Shown: positions 29,506 through 38,452, counted from the first letter of the stretch. The stretch: 64,000 nt of DNA from Dehalococcoidia bacterium (GCA_963663895.2 CAXXRD010000002.1:64001-128000); one strand, 5' to 3'. Made by a program: numbers and translations. Notes: generated by a model not told the origin, from the letters alone.

Positions 29506-30693
29506 TTGAGCTTGACTAAGCGGCTTCTCGAAGAACAGCTGGAGCGAGGTTGGTCCCTCGTCCCTGACGATCGATACGCTTGCACTGCCTGCGTGGACGA
29601 TGAGGGGCTTGTTGCGGTCATCGAAGCGGAGGCCGAGCACGTCGCATGTTCGTATTGTCGGCGAGCTGGTGCTGAGCCGAACGCCATACCTGTGAATCGG
29701 CTCTTTGAAGTGATCGCTTCAGGCATCCGCTACGAACTGACTGATCCCGCGAACGAACTGCCATCCGACGGCGGTGAGTACGTTTTTGCAGAGGCCATCA
29801 TCGACTCTGACGAATTGCTCGCTTCCCATGTTCCTCTGATCTCCGACGGACTCATCGAGGATTTCATGGACTCCTTCGCTCATCTCGACTGGGTTCGCCG
29901 AGAATTCTTCGCCCTCCCTCAAGACGAGGCATTGATGGAGGGCTGGAAGGCGTTCGTGCGGGAGTCGATTCGCGCTCAAGCAACGCCGGAGCGACCCCCT
30001 GAGGAAATCTATGGGAGCGACATTCAGCCGCAGGAGCTACTCGATCGCCTCGGAACGGCAGTGACCCAGGCCGACGTAGTCCGTTTTCTCCCTGCGGGCA
30101 TGACCATCTACCGGACACGGGTCCATCCGATCGGCTCAGTCGTCAGCGGTGCTGCCGCTCTCGGTGCGCCGACACCTGAACTGGCGACTCTACCGAACAG
30201 GATGAGCCCGGCTGGACGGCCGATGTTCTACGGGGCGCTCGACGAAGAGACTTCCGTCGTAGAGACCCTCATAGAAGAGGAGGGCTACACGGTCACGACC
30301 GGGGCGTTCACCCTTAGCAAAGAGATTGCTGTCCTTGACCTAACGGAGATCCCTGCAGTCTCGAGTCTCTTTGATGAACAGAAGCGGCATGCTCGTCGAC
30401 CGCTTATGTTTCTTCGCGCTTTTGCGGAGGAGGTGTCCAGGCCTATTCAGCGCGATGGTGGAGAGTGCTTAGAGTATGTGCCGACGCAGCGTGTGACCGA
30501 GTACTTCCGGACAAAGTATGAACCACTGAGCGCATCGGTCCTGACGGGCCTGACGTACCGCTCGTCACGGAATGGCCGCCCCTGCGTCGTCCTGTTTGTG
30601 GGGAATGGTGATGCGATCGATCGCGCCGCTCGAAACCCGACTGACGGGCACCTCCTTACGTTGGAGTCACAGTACACTCGCCCAACAGGGTGA
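29506..30693 (+). CDS. Zn-ribbon/HEPN-associated N-terminal domain plus RES domain protein
   Basis: CTAC..CSYC, then YRTR, LGAP, NRMSPAG.PMFYGA, EYVPTQ..TEY and YRSS (R-E-S residues). Confidence 0.85.
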   Translation: MSLTKRLLEEQLERGWSLVPDDRYACTACVDDEGLVAVIEAEAEHVACSYCRRAGAEPNAIPVNRLFEVIASGIRYELTDPANELPSDGGEYVFAEAIIDSDELLASHVPLISDGLIEDFMDSFAHLDWVRREFFALPQDEALMEGWKAFVRESIRAQATPERPPEEIYGSDIQPQELLDRLGTAVTQADVVRFLPAGMTIYRTRVHPIGSVVSGAAALGAPTPELATLPNRMSPAGRPMFYGALDEETSVVETLIEEEGYTVTTGAFTLSKEIAVLDLTEIPAVSSLFDEQKRHARRPLMFLRAFAEEVSRPIQRDGGECLEYVPTQRVTEYFRTKYEPLSASVLTGLTYRSSRNGRPCVVLFVGNGDAIDRAARNPTDGHLLTLESQYTRPTG

Positions 30694-30777
30694 CATCTGA
30701 CTCCAGCGTGCAGGATCGCCCTAAGCGGTAAACGTCGAAGGACTCTTAACGCGAAGAAATCTCCACGCAAAGGGAAG

Positions 30778-30812
30778 GAGGGAGGCCACTGCGGAGTGCA
30801 GTGGCCTCCCTC
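30778..30812. terminator. 15-bp perfect-stem hairpin
   Basis: gagggaggccactgc-ggagt-gcagtggcctccctc, between the RES gene and the convergent relic. Confidence 0.75.
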
Positions 30813-30823
30813 TCGCGATAGGG

Positions 30824-31009
30824 TCAGCGCCCAGCGCCAACCAACTCCCTTTCCCGTTCGAGCGCCCACTCGCAGAGCGAGAGCGTCGGGGCTTCGTCGT
30901 GACGGTGCCGCTTCGGCGGCTCTGGCCTCTCGGCCATGAACCCGGCCCACGAGAACAGCGACTGCTGGGGTTCGGGTGCTTCCCCGTCCGCGATGGCCAC
31001 GGGGAGCAA
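30824..31009 (-). pseudogene. Second relic of the same helicase C-terminus
   Basis: QQSLFSWAGFMAERPEPP....DEAPTLSLCEWALERE aligns with 28699-28860. Confidence 0.7.
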
Positions 31010-31086
31010 CAGCCCCTCGCATGCCCGTAGTCGCGGCCCACAATCGCTTTTCTGAACCGGACGCTATCTGATCACGCGCCTGATCC

Positions 31087-31138
31087 GATCGGGACAGCTG
31101 GGACACGATTTTGTCCTGATCGGACACAGCGGGACACG
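31087..31138 (+). repeat. Imperfect 21-bp direct repeats (iteron- or arm-site-like)
   Basis: gatcgggacagctgggacacg and gatcggacacagcgggacacg, starting 31 bp apart. Confidence 0.55.
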
Positions 31139-31476
31139 TGGGGCCTCCCCCCGACGGAGGATATCCGGATAACGCCGCCCTGGCTGGCGCTTCTCTGGAA
31201 AACTCGATGGATCGCGTCCGATAAGGGGGACCTATCGGGCCTCCAAGGCCGCCCAGAGCCCCCGGAAAGGCCCGGGTGTGACGTGACAGCCGAAGCCGCC
31301 CAGATGGGACAGCGGCCGTGTCAAGCGGGCCCGTGGGGCCGTGCAGGAACCCCTCTTGACGATCGGTCACCGGGCCTGAGGAGAGGGATTCCGGATCCGA
31401 CGCGCGCGCGTAGGAAAGCCACGCGCGGGCCGGTCGCATCGCTTGATGCATGATCGCGAAACATTGAAGTGTTGAC

Positions 31477-31506
31477 TTGACAGGACCCACGCATCCGGAG
31501 TACAAG
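31477..31506 (+). promoter_or_regulatory. Putative sigma70 promoter of the ardC-like gene
   Basis: TTGACA-N18-TACAAG, followed by a GC hairpin and an AAGGAG RBS. Confidence 0.5.
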
Positions 31507-31579
31507 GGGCCCACCAACACGAATCGCCCCCGCACCGCTGCAACGGCCGGGGGCACGGCACACGAAGGAGTGTCTTCGC

Positions 31580-33493
31580 ATGCAACGTCATCCTACCCCC
31601 CGATCCGAGCGGGTCAACGAGACCCTGGCCAGGCTGGAAGAGGGCGCCCTCGCCCTCGCCCAGTCCGATCGCTATCGCGACTGGCTCGAGCATCTGGGCC
31701 AGTTCCACCAGTACAGCGTCTCCAACAGCCTGCTGATCTGGCTGCAGCGGCCGCACGCGTCGCGCGTCGCCGGCTTCCAGCGCTGGAAGACGCTCGGCCG
31801 CCACGTCAGGAAGGGCGAGAAGGGGATCAGGATCCTCGCCCCCATCGTGGTCAAGAAGCGGGCCGGCGATGACGACCAGGACGATGACGAACAGCGACGC
31901 GTCGTCACGCTCTTCAAGGTCGTCCACGTCTTCGACATCGCCCAGACCGATGGCGACGCCCTCCCCGAGATCGCCCACACGCTGCAAGGCGTCGCCCCGG
32001 TCGACGCCTACGACCAGCTGGTGGCCGTGGCCCGGACCGAGCGGCTCGCGGTCGAGTTCGAAGCGCTGGGGCCCGATTGCAACGGCTACTACCAGCGCGA
32101 CGCCCGGCGCATCGTCCTGGCGACCGAACGGAGCCAGGCGCAACGCGTCAAGACGCTGGCCCACGAGCTCGCCCATCACTTCACGGAGAGCGACTGCCGC
32201 CGGCCGGAGAAGGAGATCATCGCGGAATCGGTCGCCTACGTGGTCGGCGACGCGCTGGGCTTGGACACGAGCGACTACTCGTTCGGATACGTGGCCGCGT
32301 GGAGCGGCGGCGACGCCGGGCCGATCAAGGAGACGGCCGCGGCCGTCCAGTCGGTCGCGCATCGCCTCCTGGACGCGCTCGAGGGGCCGCAGCCGGCGGC
32401 CGGGGATTCCCCGGCCCCGGCCCCGGTCGCGGCCCCGGCTGCTGAATCCAACAAGGCAGCCACGGGCGGCGCGTTCGATGTCCGCTCGCGTTGCGCGCAA
32501 TGCGGAGCGGCGGCGTCCGATGCCACCGGCCCGCGCGAGCAGCGGCGCTGTCATGCATGCCAGCAAGCGGAAGCGACGGCCGCAGCCAAGGCTACAGCCG
32601 ATGCGCTCGCCAAGACCAAAGCGCAGCCGGCCCCGGCCCGTTGCGAGGATGACGACCACCCGAAGAGCTGTGAGCCCTGGCGCTGTGAGCGCTGCGGCGC
32701 AACGCTGCACACGGTCAAGGATCACACGGCCCGGCTCCTCGCCGAGCACGAGCGCGCTTGCAAGTACAAACCGCGCAAGCGCGCGGCCGGGTACCGCGGC
32801 CCCCGGCGCCAGCGCGCCCTGGAAGAGACGATCGACCCGGCCGAGGGTCTGATCCGCGTGGTCCTGGCCCGCGATGACGTGCAGCCGTGGGGCCAGCTCT
32901 CGCCCATCGTGGGCGTGACGGCCACGTGGGGCGCGGCCATCGACCCGGCCGTGGTCCGGTCCCTGAGCACGCTGGACGGCTGGCAATCGCGCGGGCCCGC
33001 ATGGATGGAAGCGCAGGCCCGGGCCGCCGGATTCGCCCTCACGATGGATGCGTGTCCGGCCCACGGGCGATCGGTCGGGGGAGCCGGCCGCACCTACACG
33101 CGCATGGATTACCGCGTGAAGGCCGCGCAGGACGGCCAGCCATCGCTGCCGGCCGACGCGTGCAGCTGGTGGATCGACCCGGCCAGGAGCGACCAGGTCC
33201 GCCGGGCCGCGTGGGGCGGCATCATCACCAGCTACCAGGACATCCTGGAGCTCGAGGCGATGCGCGACCGCGGTCAGACGACCGTCGCCGAGAATCACGC
33301 GCTCGACGCGTTGACCGAGGAGCATCGCCGCGAGCTTTACGAGATCGCCCTCACGATCGCCCAGGAAGAGGAGCCTTGCCGGCCCGTGGAGATCATCCCG
33401 GGCCGGCCGGAAGGATTTCTCTGCCGCACGGAGCAGGACGACCTCCCGTGCGAGTTCGGCTGCCCCTGCCACGAAGAGGCCCGCGTCGCCTAG
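31580..33493 (+). CDS. ArdC-like ssDNA-binding/zincin polyvalent protein with an extended Cys-rich C-terminus
   Basis: FHQYS.SN.LLI..Q.P.AS.VAGF..WK.LGR.VRKGEKGI.ILAP, VFDIAQT.G, TLAHELAH, E.IAESVAY, YSFGYV..W; then CAQC, CHAC, CERC..H..H and CPCH. Confidence 0.85.
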   Translation: MQRHPTPRSERVNETLARLEEGALALAQSDRYRDWLEHLGQFHQYSVSNSLLIWLQRPHASRVAGFQRWKTLGRHVRKGEKGIRILAPIVVKKRAGDDDQDDDEQRRVVTLFKVVHVFDIAQTDGDALPEIAHTLQGVAPVDAYDQLVAVARTERLAVEFEALGPDCNGYYQRDARRIVLATERSQAQRVKTLAHELAHHFTESDCRRPEKEIIAESVAYVVGDALGLDTSDYSFGYVAAWSGGDAGPIKETAAAVQSVAHRLLDALEGPQPAAGDSPAPAPVAAPAAESNKAATGGAFDVRSRCAQCGAAASDATGPREQRRCHACQQAEATAAAKATADALAKTKAQPAPARCEDDDHPKSCEPWRCERCGATLHTVKDHTARLLAEHERACKYKPRKRAAGYRGPRRQRALEETIDPAEGLIRVVLARDDVQPWGQLSPIVGVTATWGAAIDPAVVRSLSTLDGWQSRGPAWMEAQARAAGFALTMDACPAHGRSVGGAGRTYTRMDYRVKAAQDGQPSLPADACSWWIDPARSDQVRRAAWGGIITSYQDILELEAMRDRGQTTVAENHALDALTEEHRRELYEIALTIAQEEEPCRPVEIIPGRPEGFLCRTEQDDLPCEFGCPCHEEARVA

Positions 33494-33500
33494 AGCCGAA

Positions 33501-33522
33501 AAGCGGCCCGCGCGGGCCGCTT
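33501..33522. terminator. Perfect 22-bp palindrome after the ardC-like gene
   Basis: aagcggcccgcgcgggccgctt. Confidence 0.6.
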
Positions 33523-33761
33523 CCGACCGGGGATGGGCGACCGGCGCTGAACGAGGCAGCCCAGCACGCAAGCGAGGGACGGAGTGCCCGCGATGCACGT
33601 CAACCCAGGAGACCGCATCCCACCATCGGCGAGACCCAGCGGCACGCAAGCGCCATCGCCCGGCGCGCGGGCGCTGCGGGGGCCATCGTCTGCGACCATG
33701 GCGGCCAGGCGCAGGCCCGTTCGCACAGCGGGCCCCGATCCTGGGCGCGCACAGAGAAGGG

Positions 33762-34061
33762 ATGCCGGTGACCGCCATGGAGATCGACGCGCCGCCCTGC
33801 GCGGCGCATGCGTCCACGGGCCGCCGCTGGCAGTGTCCCGACTGCCGGCGGCTGTGGCGGCGGGCCTACCACCGCCAGTACCACAGCCAGCGCCTCAAAC
33901 CCGCCCGCCAGGCGCGCCGCGCCCAGCGGTTGGCGCAGCATCGCTGTACCTACTGCGGCCGGCCGCTGGACGAGGGAGCCCCCTACCAGCGCTGCGCCGC
34001 CTGCCGGGCCTATCTCACCGCCAAGCAGCGCGAATCCCGCGCCCGACGCCGAACGGAGTAA
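33762..34061 (+). CDS. Small basic Cys-rich (Zn-finger-like) protein
   Basis: CAAH, CPDC, CTYC and CAAC; purine-rich RBS agagaaggg. Confidence 0.65.
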   Translation: MPVTAMEIDAPPCAAHASTGRRWQCPDCRRLWRRAYHRQYHSQRLKPARQARRAQRLAQHRCTYCGRPLDEGAPYQRCAACRAYLTAKQRESRARRRTE

Positions 34062-34099
34062 CCCCCGCTCGCACACTCGCGGCATCCCCTACGGCCCGC

Positions 34100-35155
34100 G
34101 TGGATAGGGATGCAACCGGCCACGGAGACGACAGCCCCGCGCTCCGTCTCGTCCGCGTCCCCGACCCGGTCGCCACTGCCACGGAAGGCAACGAGGCATC
34201 GGCCCCCGGCCTGCCGGATCCCCTGGCGGCCGGCTTCGCGGCGCCCGCCCCCGGCATCTCCGAGGAGGCGTTCGCCGCCCATGAGCGCGCGGCTGGCTGG
34301 AGCGCCAACACCTGCCGCGCCTACTGGCGTGCGTGGAGCACGTGGCAGGCCTGGGCCGCTGCCCACGGCGTGGGCGCGCTGCCCGCCCGCTGGCAAGATG
34401 TCCGCGCCTACCTGCTCGAGCGCGCCGCCGCCGGACGCACCCTGGCCACCCTCCGCGCCGACGCCGACGGCATCGCCGCCGTCCACACCACCACCCGCCA
34501 GCCCAACCCCTGCGCCAAGGGCGGAGCCGTGCGGATGGCGTTGACGCGGCTGGCCAAGGGGCGCGGCCGCGCCCCGCGCCAGGTGGCCGCCCTCGACGCC
34601 GCCGCGCTCGCCGCCATCCGCGCCACGGCCGCCCAGCCGCGCCGGGGCACCCGCCGCCGCGAATCGCCGGCCGCCGCCCGCCGGCGGGCCCTGCTCGACT
34701 GCGCCCTCGTGGGGCTGCTCAGCGATGGCGGGCTGCGGCGCTCCGAGGCCGCCGCCCTCCTCTGGGGGGATGTCGCCTGCGCCGACGATGGCTCGGGCCG
34801 CGTCACCGTGCGGCGCTCCAAGACGGACCCCACGGGCGAGGGGGCCGTGGTCGCGGTCACGCGCACCACCATGGAGGCCCTGGCAGCCCTGCGGGACGAG
34901 GCGCCCGACGACGCCCCCGTGATCGGCCTCTCGACGCGCCAGATCGCCCGCCGCATCAAGGCCGCCGCCCTCGCGGCCGGGCTGGGCGACGGCTTCAGCG
35001 GCCACTCCGGCCGGGTCGGCATGGCCCGCCGCATGGTCCGGGCCGGGGCGCCGACGGCCACCGTGCAGCGGCAGGGGCGCTGGAAATCGCCCGCCATGGT
35101 CGCCGCCTACACCCGCGCCGAATCCGCCGCCGAGGCGCTGCGCTTCCTTGAGTAG
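34100..35155 (+). CDS. Cre-like tyrosine recombinase (start uncertain)
   Basis: SAM-like domain (SANT.RAY...W), GLRRSE, RSKTD, GHSGRVG, GRWKS and catalytic Y in VAAY; W in place of the second H, as in Cre. Confidence 0.85.
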   Translation: MDRDATGHGDDSPALRLVRVPDPVATATEGNEASAPGLPDPLAAGFAAPAPGISEEAFAAHERAAGWSANTCRAYWRAWSTWQAWAAAHGVGALPARWQDVRAYLLERAAAGRTLATLRADADGIAAVHTTTRQPNPCAKGGAVRMALTRLAKGRGRAPRQVAALDAAALAAIRATAAQPRRGTRRRESPAAARRRALLDCALVGLLSDGGLRRSEAAALLWGDVACADDGSGRVTVRRSKTDPTGEGAVVAVTRTTMEALAALRDEAPDDAPVIGLSTRQIARRIKAAALAAGLGDGFSGHSGRVGMARRMVRAGAPTATVQRQGRWKSPAMVAAYTRAESAAEALRFLE

Positions 35156-35352
35156 GCCGGGTCGAACGGGCCGCGCACGGCGGTCAGTCGTCCGCCAGCA
35201 CTGCCGCCGCTCCACGCGGTTCAGCCTGCTCCGCTCCGCCTCCCGACTCGGGGCGGTCGTTGTCAGTCGACACCCTCGCTCGGCGCTGGACTCTCGGAGC
35301 GCTGTAGCTGAAAGGGCAGGGCCATCAACGTGCCCAGGCTCGACTCCCCAGG

Positions 35353-36546
35353 CTAATGATCCCCGGATCCAAGAGAGAAAGGCCTCTCAGAGACGCCGCC
35401 AGCGCTCCAACGGGATGCAGAAAGCACACAGAGCGAGAGCACCAACAAGATCAACTGTGTAGTTCGTTCCCCCCCCTCTTCAGAGCGGTTCTCGTCGGCA
35501 TCGCGAAGTTGCAGGAAGCTGGACGCGTCCCGGCGCAAGACGTGCCGGACGGCCTTGCGATCCATCCCGAACTCCCGTGCCAGGGCGTGCAGGGAGGCCC
35601 CTGCCTGAAAGGCGGACACGATCGCCCTGTCGCGCTTGGCGTTGCGTTTGCGGCGGGCCGCGCCACTGGCGCGTCCTCGGCGGCGGCCCCACTCCTGCTG
35701 CTCTGCAGGCGTGTAGAATCGTCCCTGCTCGATCCACTCTCGGCGGTATCGCTCCACCGACTTGGCCACCCCCCGGACTTCGCTGCCGGGCAGCGGGCCG
35801 CGCAGCGTGCCAGCGAACATGGTTTGGTTCCACGCCAAGGCGACCGGCTCGACGGGCTGCCCGAGATTACGCGCGGCTCCCGCCCAGCGCATCAACGCCT
35901 CAAAGAGGGCACAGTTGCGGCCGGGCTCGGTGCGCAGCTCGCGCGGTGCTCGCGGGCGGCGAAATCTGGCCGCGGCCGGATAGGCGGTGAGATCATCGAG
36001 GAGGTAGGGAAGCTCGCGGCCCCAGCGGACCTCAAAGAGATCAGGATCGACGCCGCACGGGTTGTGGGCCAGGACGCCGTTATAGCCAGGGTCCGCCTCC
36101 AAAACCGAAGCACCGTACTCCATAAAGCGGGCGAAGGCGCGCTGGGGCTTCAGCCGCGCCCTCGCGCCGTAGAGGACGGGGCGCAGGAGCGTGTAGAACA
36201 CCTGCGCGTGGCCGCTGGCTTCGCGCACCACGATCCAGTTGGCAGGCGGCAGCGTTCTTTTGAAATGAACCTCGACGATGTAGCGATCCAGCGCATCGCC
36301 GCCGTCAAGATCGAAGATCCCCACCGGCCAGCTGTTCGGCGTGCGGTATTCGATCGAGGGATACGTCCACGCTTCCACAACCGGCCGGCGAAACGAGTAC
36401 GCGAAGAGCCCCGTCGCGTCCTTGCCCCAGCTCACAAGCGGGTGCGCATGTGCCTCCTCGAGCCCATGGGCGCGGACGGGCTCAGGAACCGCCTCGATGG
36501 CAAACCGGGGACCGCGGAGCGGTGAAGCTGAGGAGGACGAAGACAT
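35353..36546 (-). CDS. ColE2/pAL5000-type replication initiator (Replicase + PriCT-1 + HTH)
   Basis: FDLD, PANW.V....SGHAQ.FY.L..PV, L.ADPGY.G.L.HNP, GRNC.LF, PLP.SEV..VAKSV; C-terminal HTH. Confidence 0.85.
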   Translation of the reverse strand: MSSSSSASPLRGPRFAIEAVPEPVRAHGLEEAHAHPLVSWGKDATGLFAYSFRRPVVEAWTYPSIEYRTPNSWPVGIFDLDGGDALDRYIVEVHFKRTLPPANWIVVREASGHAQVFYTLLRPVLYGARARLKPQRAFARFMEYGASVLEADPGYNGVLAHNPCGVDPDLFEVRWGRELPYLLDDLTAYPAAARFRRPRAPRELRTEPGRNCALFEALMRWAGAARNLGQPVEPVALAWNQTMFAGTLRGPLPGSEVRGVAKSVERYRREWIEQGRFYTPAEQQEWGRRRGRASGAARRKRNAKRDRAIVSAFQAGASLHALAREFGMDRKAVRHVLRRDASSFLQLRDADENRSEEGGERTTQLILLVLSLCVLSASRWSAGGVSERPFSLGSGDH

Positions 36547-36811
36547 GACCTTTCTCGCACAAAAGTGGTCTCTTGCCGAGGTCGGTCAATCCGGTACCCT
36601 CCCCATTCGTTTCGCTCCTCAAGACGCACACTTTCACCGAGGAGCGACGCGCGGGCAAGCCGATCTCCAATAGACCCACCGAGATATGTCGCTGGATGGG
36701 GCAGTTATCGATCAGCAGCGAGCAGAACACCCGGGAAGCGCCCGCACCACCCCCTAGGGTTGCAACCGGCCCTGCGGAATGCGGCGAGCCAGACATGAGG
36801 GCCGTACGTGC

Positions 36812-37000
36812 TTAGGCTGCCGGGCGGTCGCGAAGCCATGCCTCGACCTCCCTGCGCCGCCAGCCGACGGCCCGGGAGTTCGGACCCCCCAGCCGAAGGG
36901 CAGCCGGAAACTCACCAGCACGGACGCGCCGCCAGAGCGTGCTCCTGCTGAGACCGGTTAGGTCGCAGACCTCTTTTTGTCGCAGGATTTCTGGTTCCAT
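36812..37000 (-). CDS. alpA: AlpA-family regulator/excisionase
   Basis: ILRQKEV..LTGLSRSTLWR.VRAG.FP..L.LG...RAVGW...EV.AW. Confidence 0.92.
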   Translation of the reverse strand: MEPEILRQKEVCDLTGLSRSTLWRRVRAGEFPAALRLGGPNSRAVGWRRREVEAWLRDRPAA

Positions 37001-37132
37001 AGCGGCCTCCGGGGGTCATGGGAGGCCACCATATGCACAGCCATCTGTCGGTTCAAGCGTTATGGGCGGTGCACATCGAAATTGTCATGCCAGGGGCACG
37101 GACGCGGTGTCATGCCCGTTACGCGTATAGCG

Positions 37133-38296
37133 TCATGGGCCGTGCACATACGCTGCCCACTCTTGCATCAGCGCTCGTCGGCGCTCGAACAGATCCGATC
37201 GCCGATATGCGGCTTCGACGCGATCATTGTTGACGTGGGCGAGGGCCAGTTCGCACACTTCGCGGGGCGCGTCCGTGCACTCCGCCGCCCAATCGCGGAA
37301 GCTCGAGCGCATCCCATGCGGCACCGCTGGAATGCCGAGGTCGCGCAGCAGCTTGGAGAGCGTGTTGTCCGAGAGCACGCGGCCCTGGACGCTGGGGAAC
37401 ACGAGGCCCGATCCGTCCGCGAGTTCCTGGGCCGCATCGAGGACCGCGAGCGCGTGCGACGAGAGCGGGACCCGATGGGCGCGCCCCGCTTTCATGCGGG
37501 AGCCGGGAATGGTCCATGTTGCGCTTTCCCGGTCGATCTCTTCCCAGCGGGCGCCGCGAACCTCTCCCGACCGGCTCGCGGTCAGGGTCAGGAACTCCAG
37601 GGCGAGCTTGGTCGTCGGCGCGGCCGCAGACGCCCGCACCGCGGTGAGCGCGGCCCCGACTTCGGCGTGCGGGAGCGCCCGATGGTGCGCTTGCTGTCCC
37701 CCGTTCTTGGGGAGCGCGGCCCCGAGGGCCTCGCCGGCGGGGTTATCCTCGCGGTGGCCCTCGGCGATCGCCCAGCGCATCACCGCGCGGATGCGTTGCC
37801 GCACGCGCCGGGCCGTCTCCGGCTTCGCGCTCCAGATCGGCACGAGCACGGCCAGCACGTCCGCCGTGGTGATCTGATCGATCCGCTTGCGGCCCAACTG
37901 CGGCAGGACGTAGGTCCCGAGGCTGGCGCGCCACTGCTTCTCGTTCTTGCCGCCGTCCCGCCAGCCGGCCGCGTGAATCGCGATCACGGCGTCGACCGCG
38001 GCGGCGAAGGCGGGCACGCCGCCTCCGCGTGGATCCCGTCCCTGCGCGACCGCGCGGCGATTCTCCAAGGCCGCCTTGCGGGCCTCGGCCAGCGTGACCA
38101 CCGGATAGGCCCCTAGGCCGACGTTGAGCGGCCGGCCTGCGATCCGCAGCCGTTGGCTCCACGTCTTGGAGAGCCGGCCCGTGGATGTCGGCTTCACGAG
38201 CAGCGAGAGGCCGTAGCCGCCGCGCCCGTCGCCGTAGCGGCCTGGTACACTGATGGTCTTGACGAAGGCTGCGGAGAGGGTCTTAGGCCGTTGCAT
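37133..38296 (-). CDS. P4-family tyrosine integrase
   Basis: Arm-binding N-terminus (DG.G..GL.L.V...G..K.W, LG.YP.VTLAEAR); catalytic RSGE, RMK, HGMR, LAH and AAY. Confidence 0.95.
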   Translation of the reverse strand: MQRPKTLSAAFVKTISVPGRYGDGRGGYGLSLLVKPTSTGRLSKTWSQRLRIAGRPLNVGLGAYPVVTLAEARKAALENRRAVAQGRDPRGGGVPAFAAAVDAVIAIHAAGWRDGGKNEKQWRASLGTYVLPQLGRKRIDQITTADVLAVLVPIWSAKPETARRVRQRIRAVMRWAIAEGHREDNPAGEALGAALPKNGGQQAHHRALPHAEVGAALTAVRASAAAPTTKLALEFLTLTASRSGEVRGARWEEIDRESATWTIPGSRMKAGRAHRVPLSSHALAVLDAAQELADGSGLVFPSVQGRVLSDNTLSKLLRDLGIPAVPHGMRSSFRDWAAECTDAPREVCELALAHVNNDRVEAAYRRSDLFERRRALMQEWAAYVHGP

Positions 38297-38437
38297 GATG
38301 AACCACTTTGGTTATCACTTCTCGTGTGAGGCTAAGCGGTGCGCCGTGAAGCGTCAAGAAACTGATTCTACGAGAAATTCAGTGGTTTCTGACACATGCG
38401 GTCCAGCCTGCTAGCTCGCGAAATCTCCCATTTGCTG

Positions 38438-38452
38438 ACACACCCTCCGCCA
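38438..38452 (+). other. Candidate att core resembling a tRNA(Ser) 3' end
   Basis: acacaccctccgcca (acceptor strand + G + CCA), ~140 bp upstream of the integrase at the island/core junction. No second copy seen in the window. Confidence 0.45.

Larger units (their letters stand above)
1..38452. mobile_element. Genomic (defence) island; left end lies outside the window
   Basis: Dense defence/TA/R-M cargo, many relics and variable GC. P4-like integrase plus AlpA at the right end, with core genes resuming at miaB (38509). Confidence 0.75.
31040..38452. mobile_element. Small integrative replicon (integrated plasmid or satellite-like element)
   Basis: int-alpA-rep on the minus strand, convergent with ardC-like, Zn-finger and Cre-like genes. 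Left boundary approximate. Confidence 0.7.

Noticed and set aside
33584-34099. Long N-terminal extension of the Cre-like recombinase
   Set aside because: Low complexity, and it overlaps the better-supported Cys-rich ORF 33762-34061.
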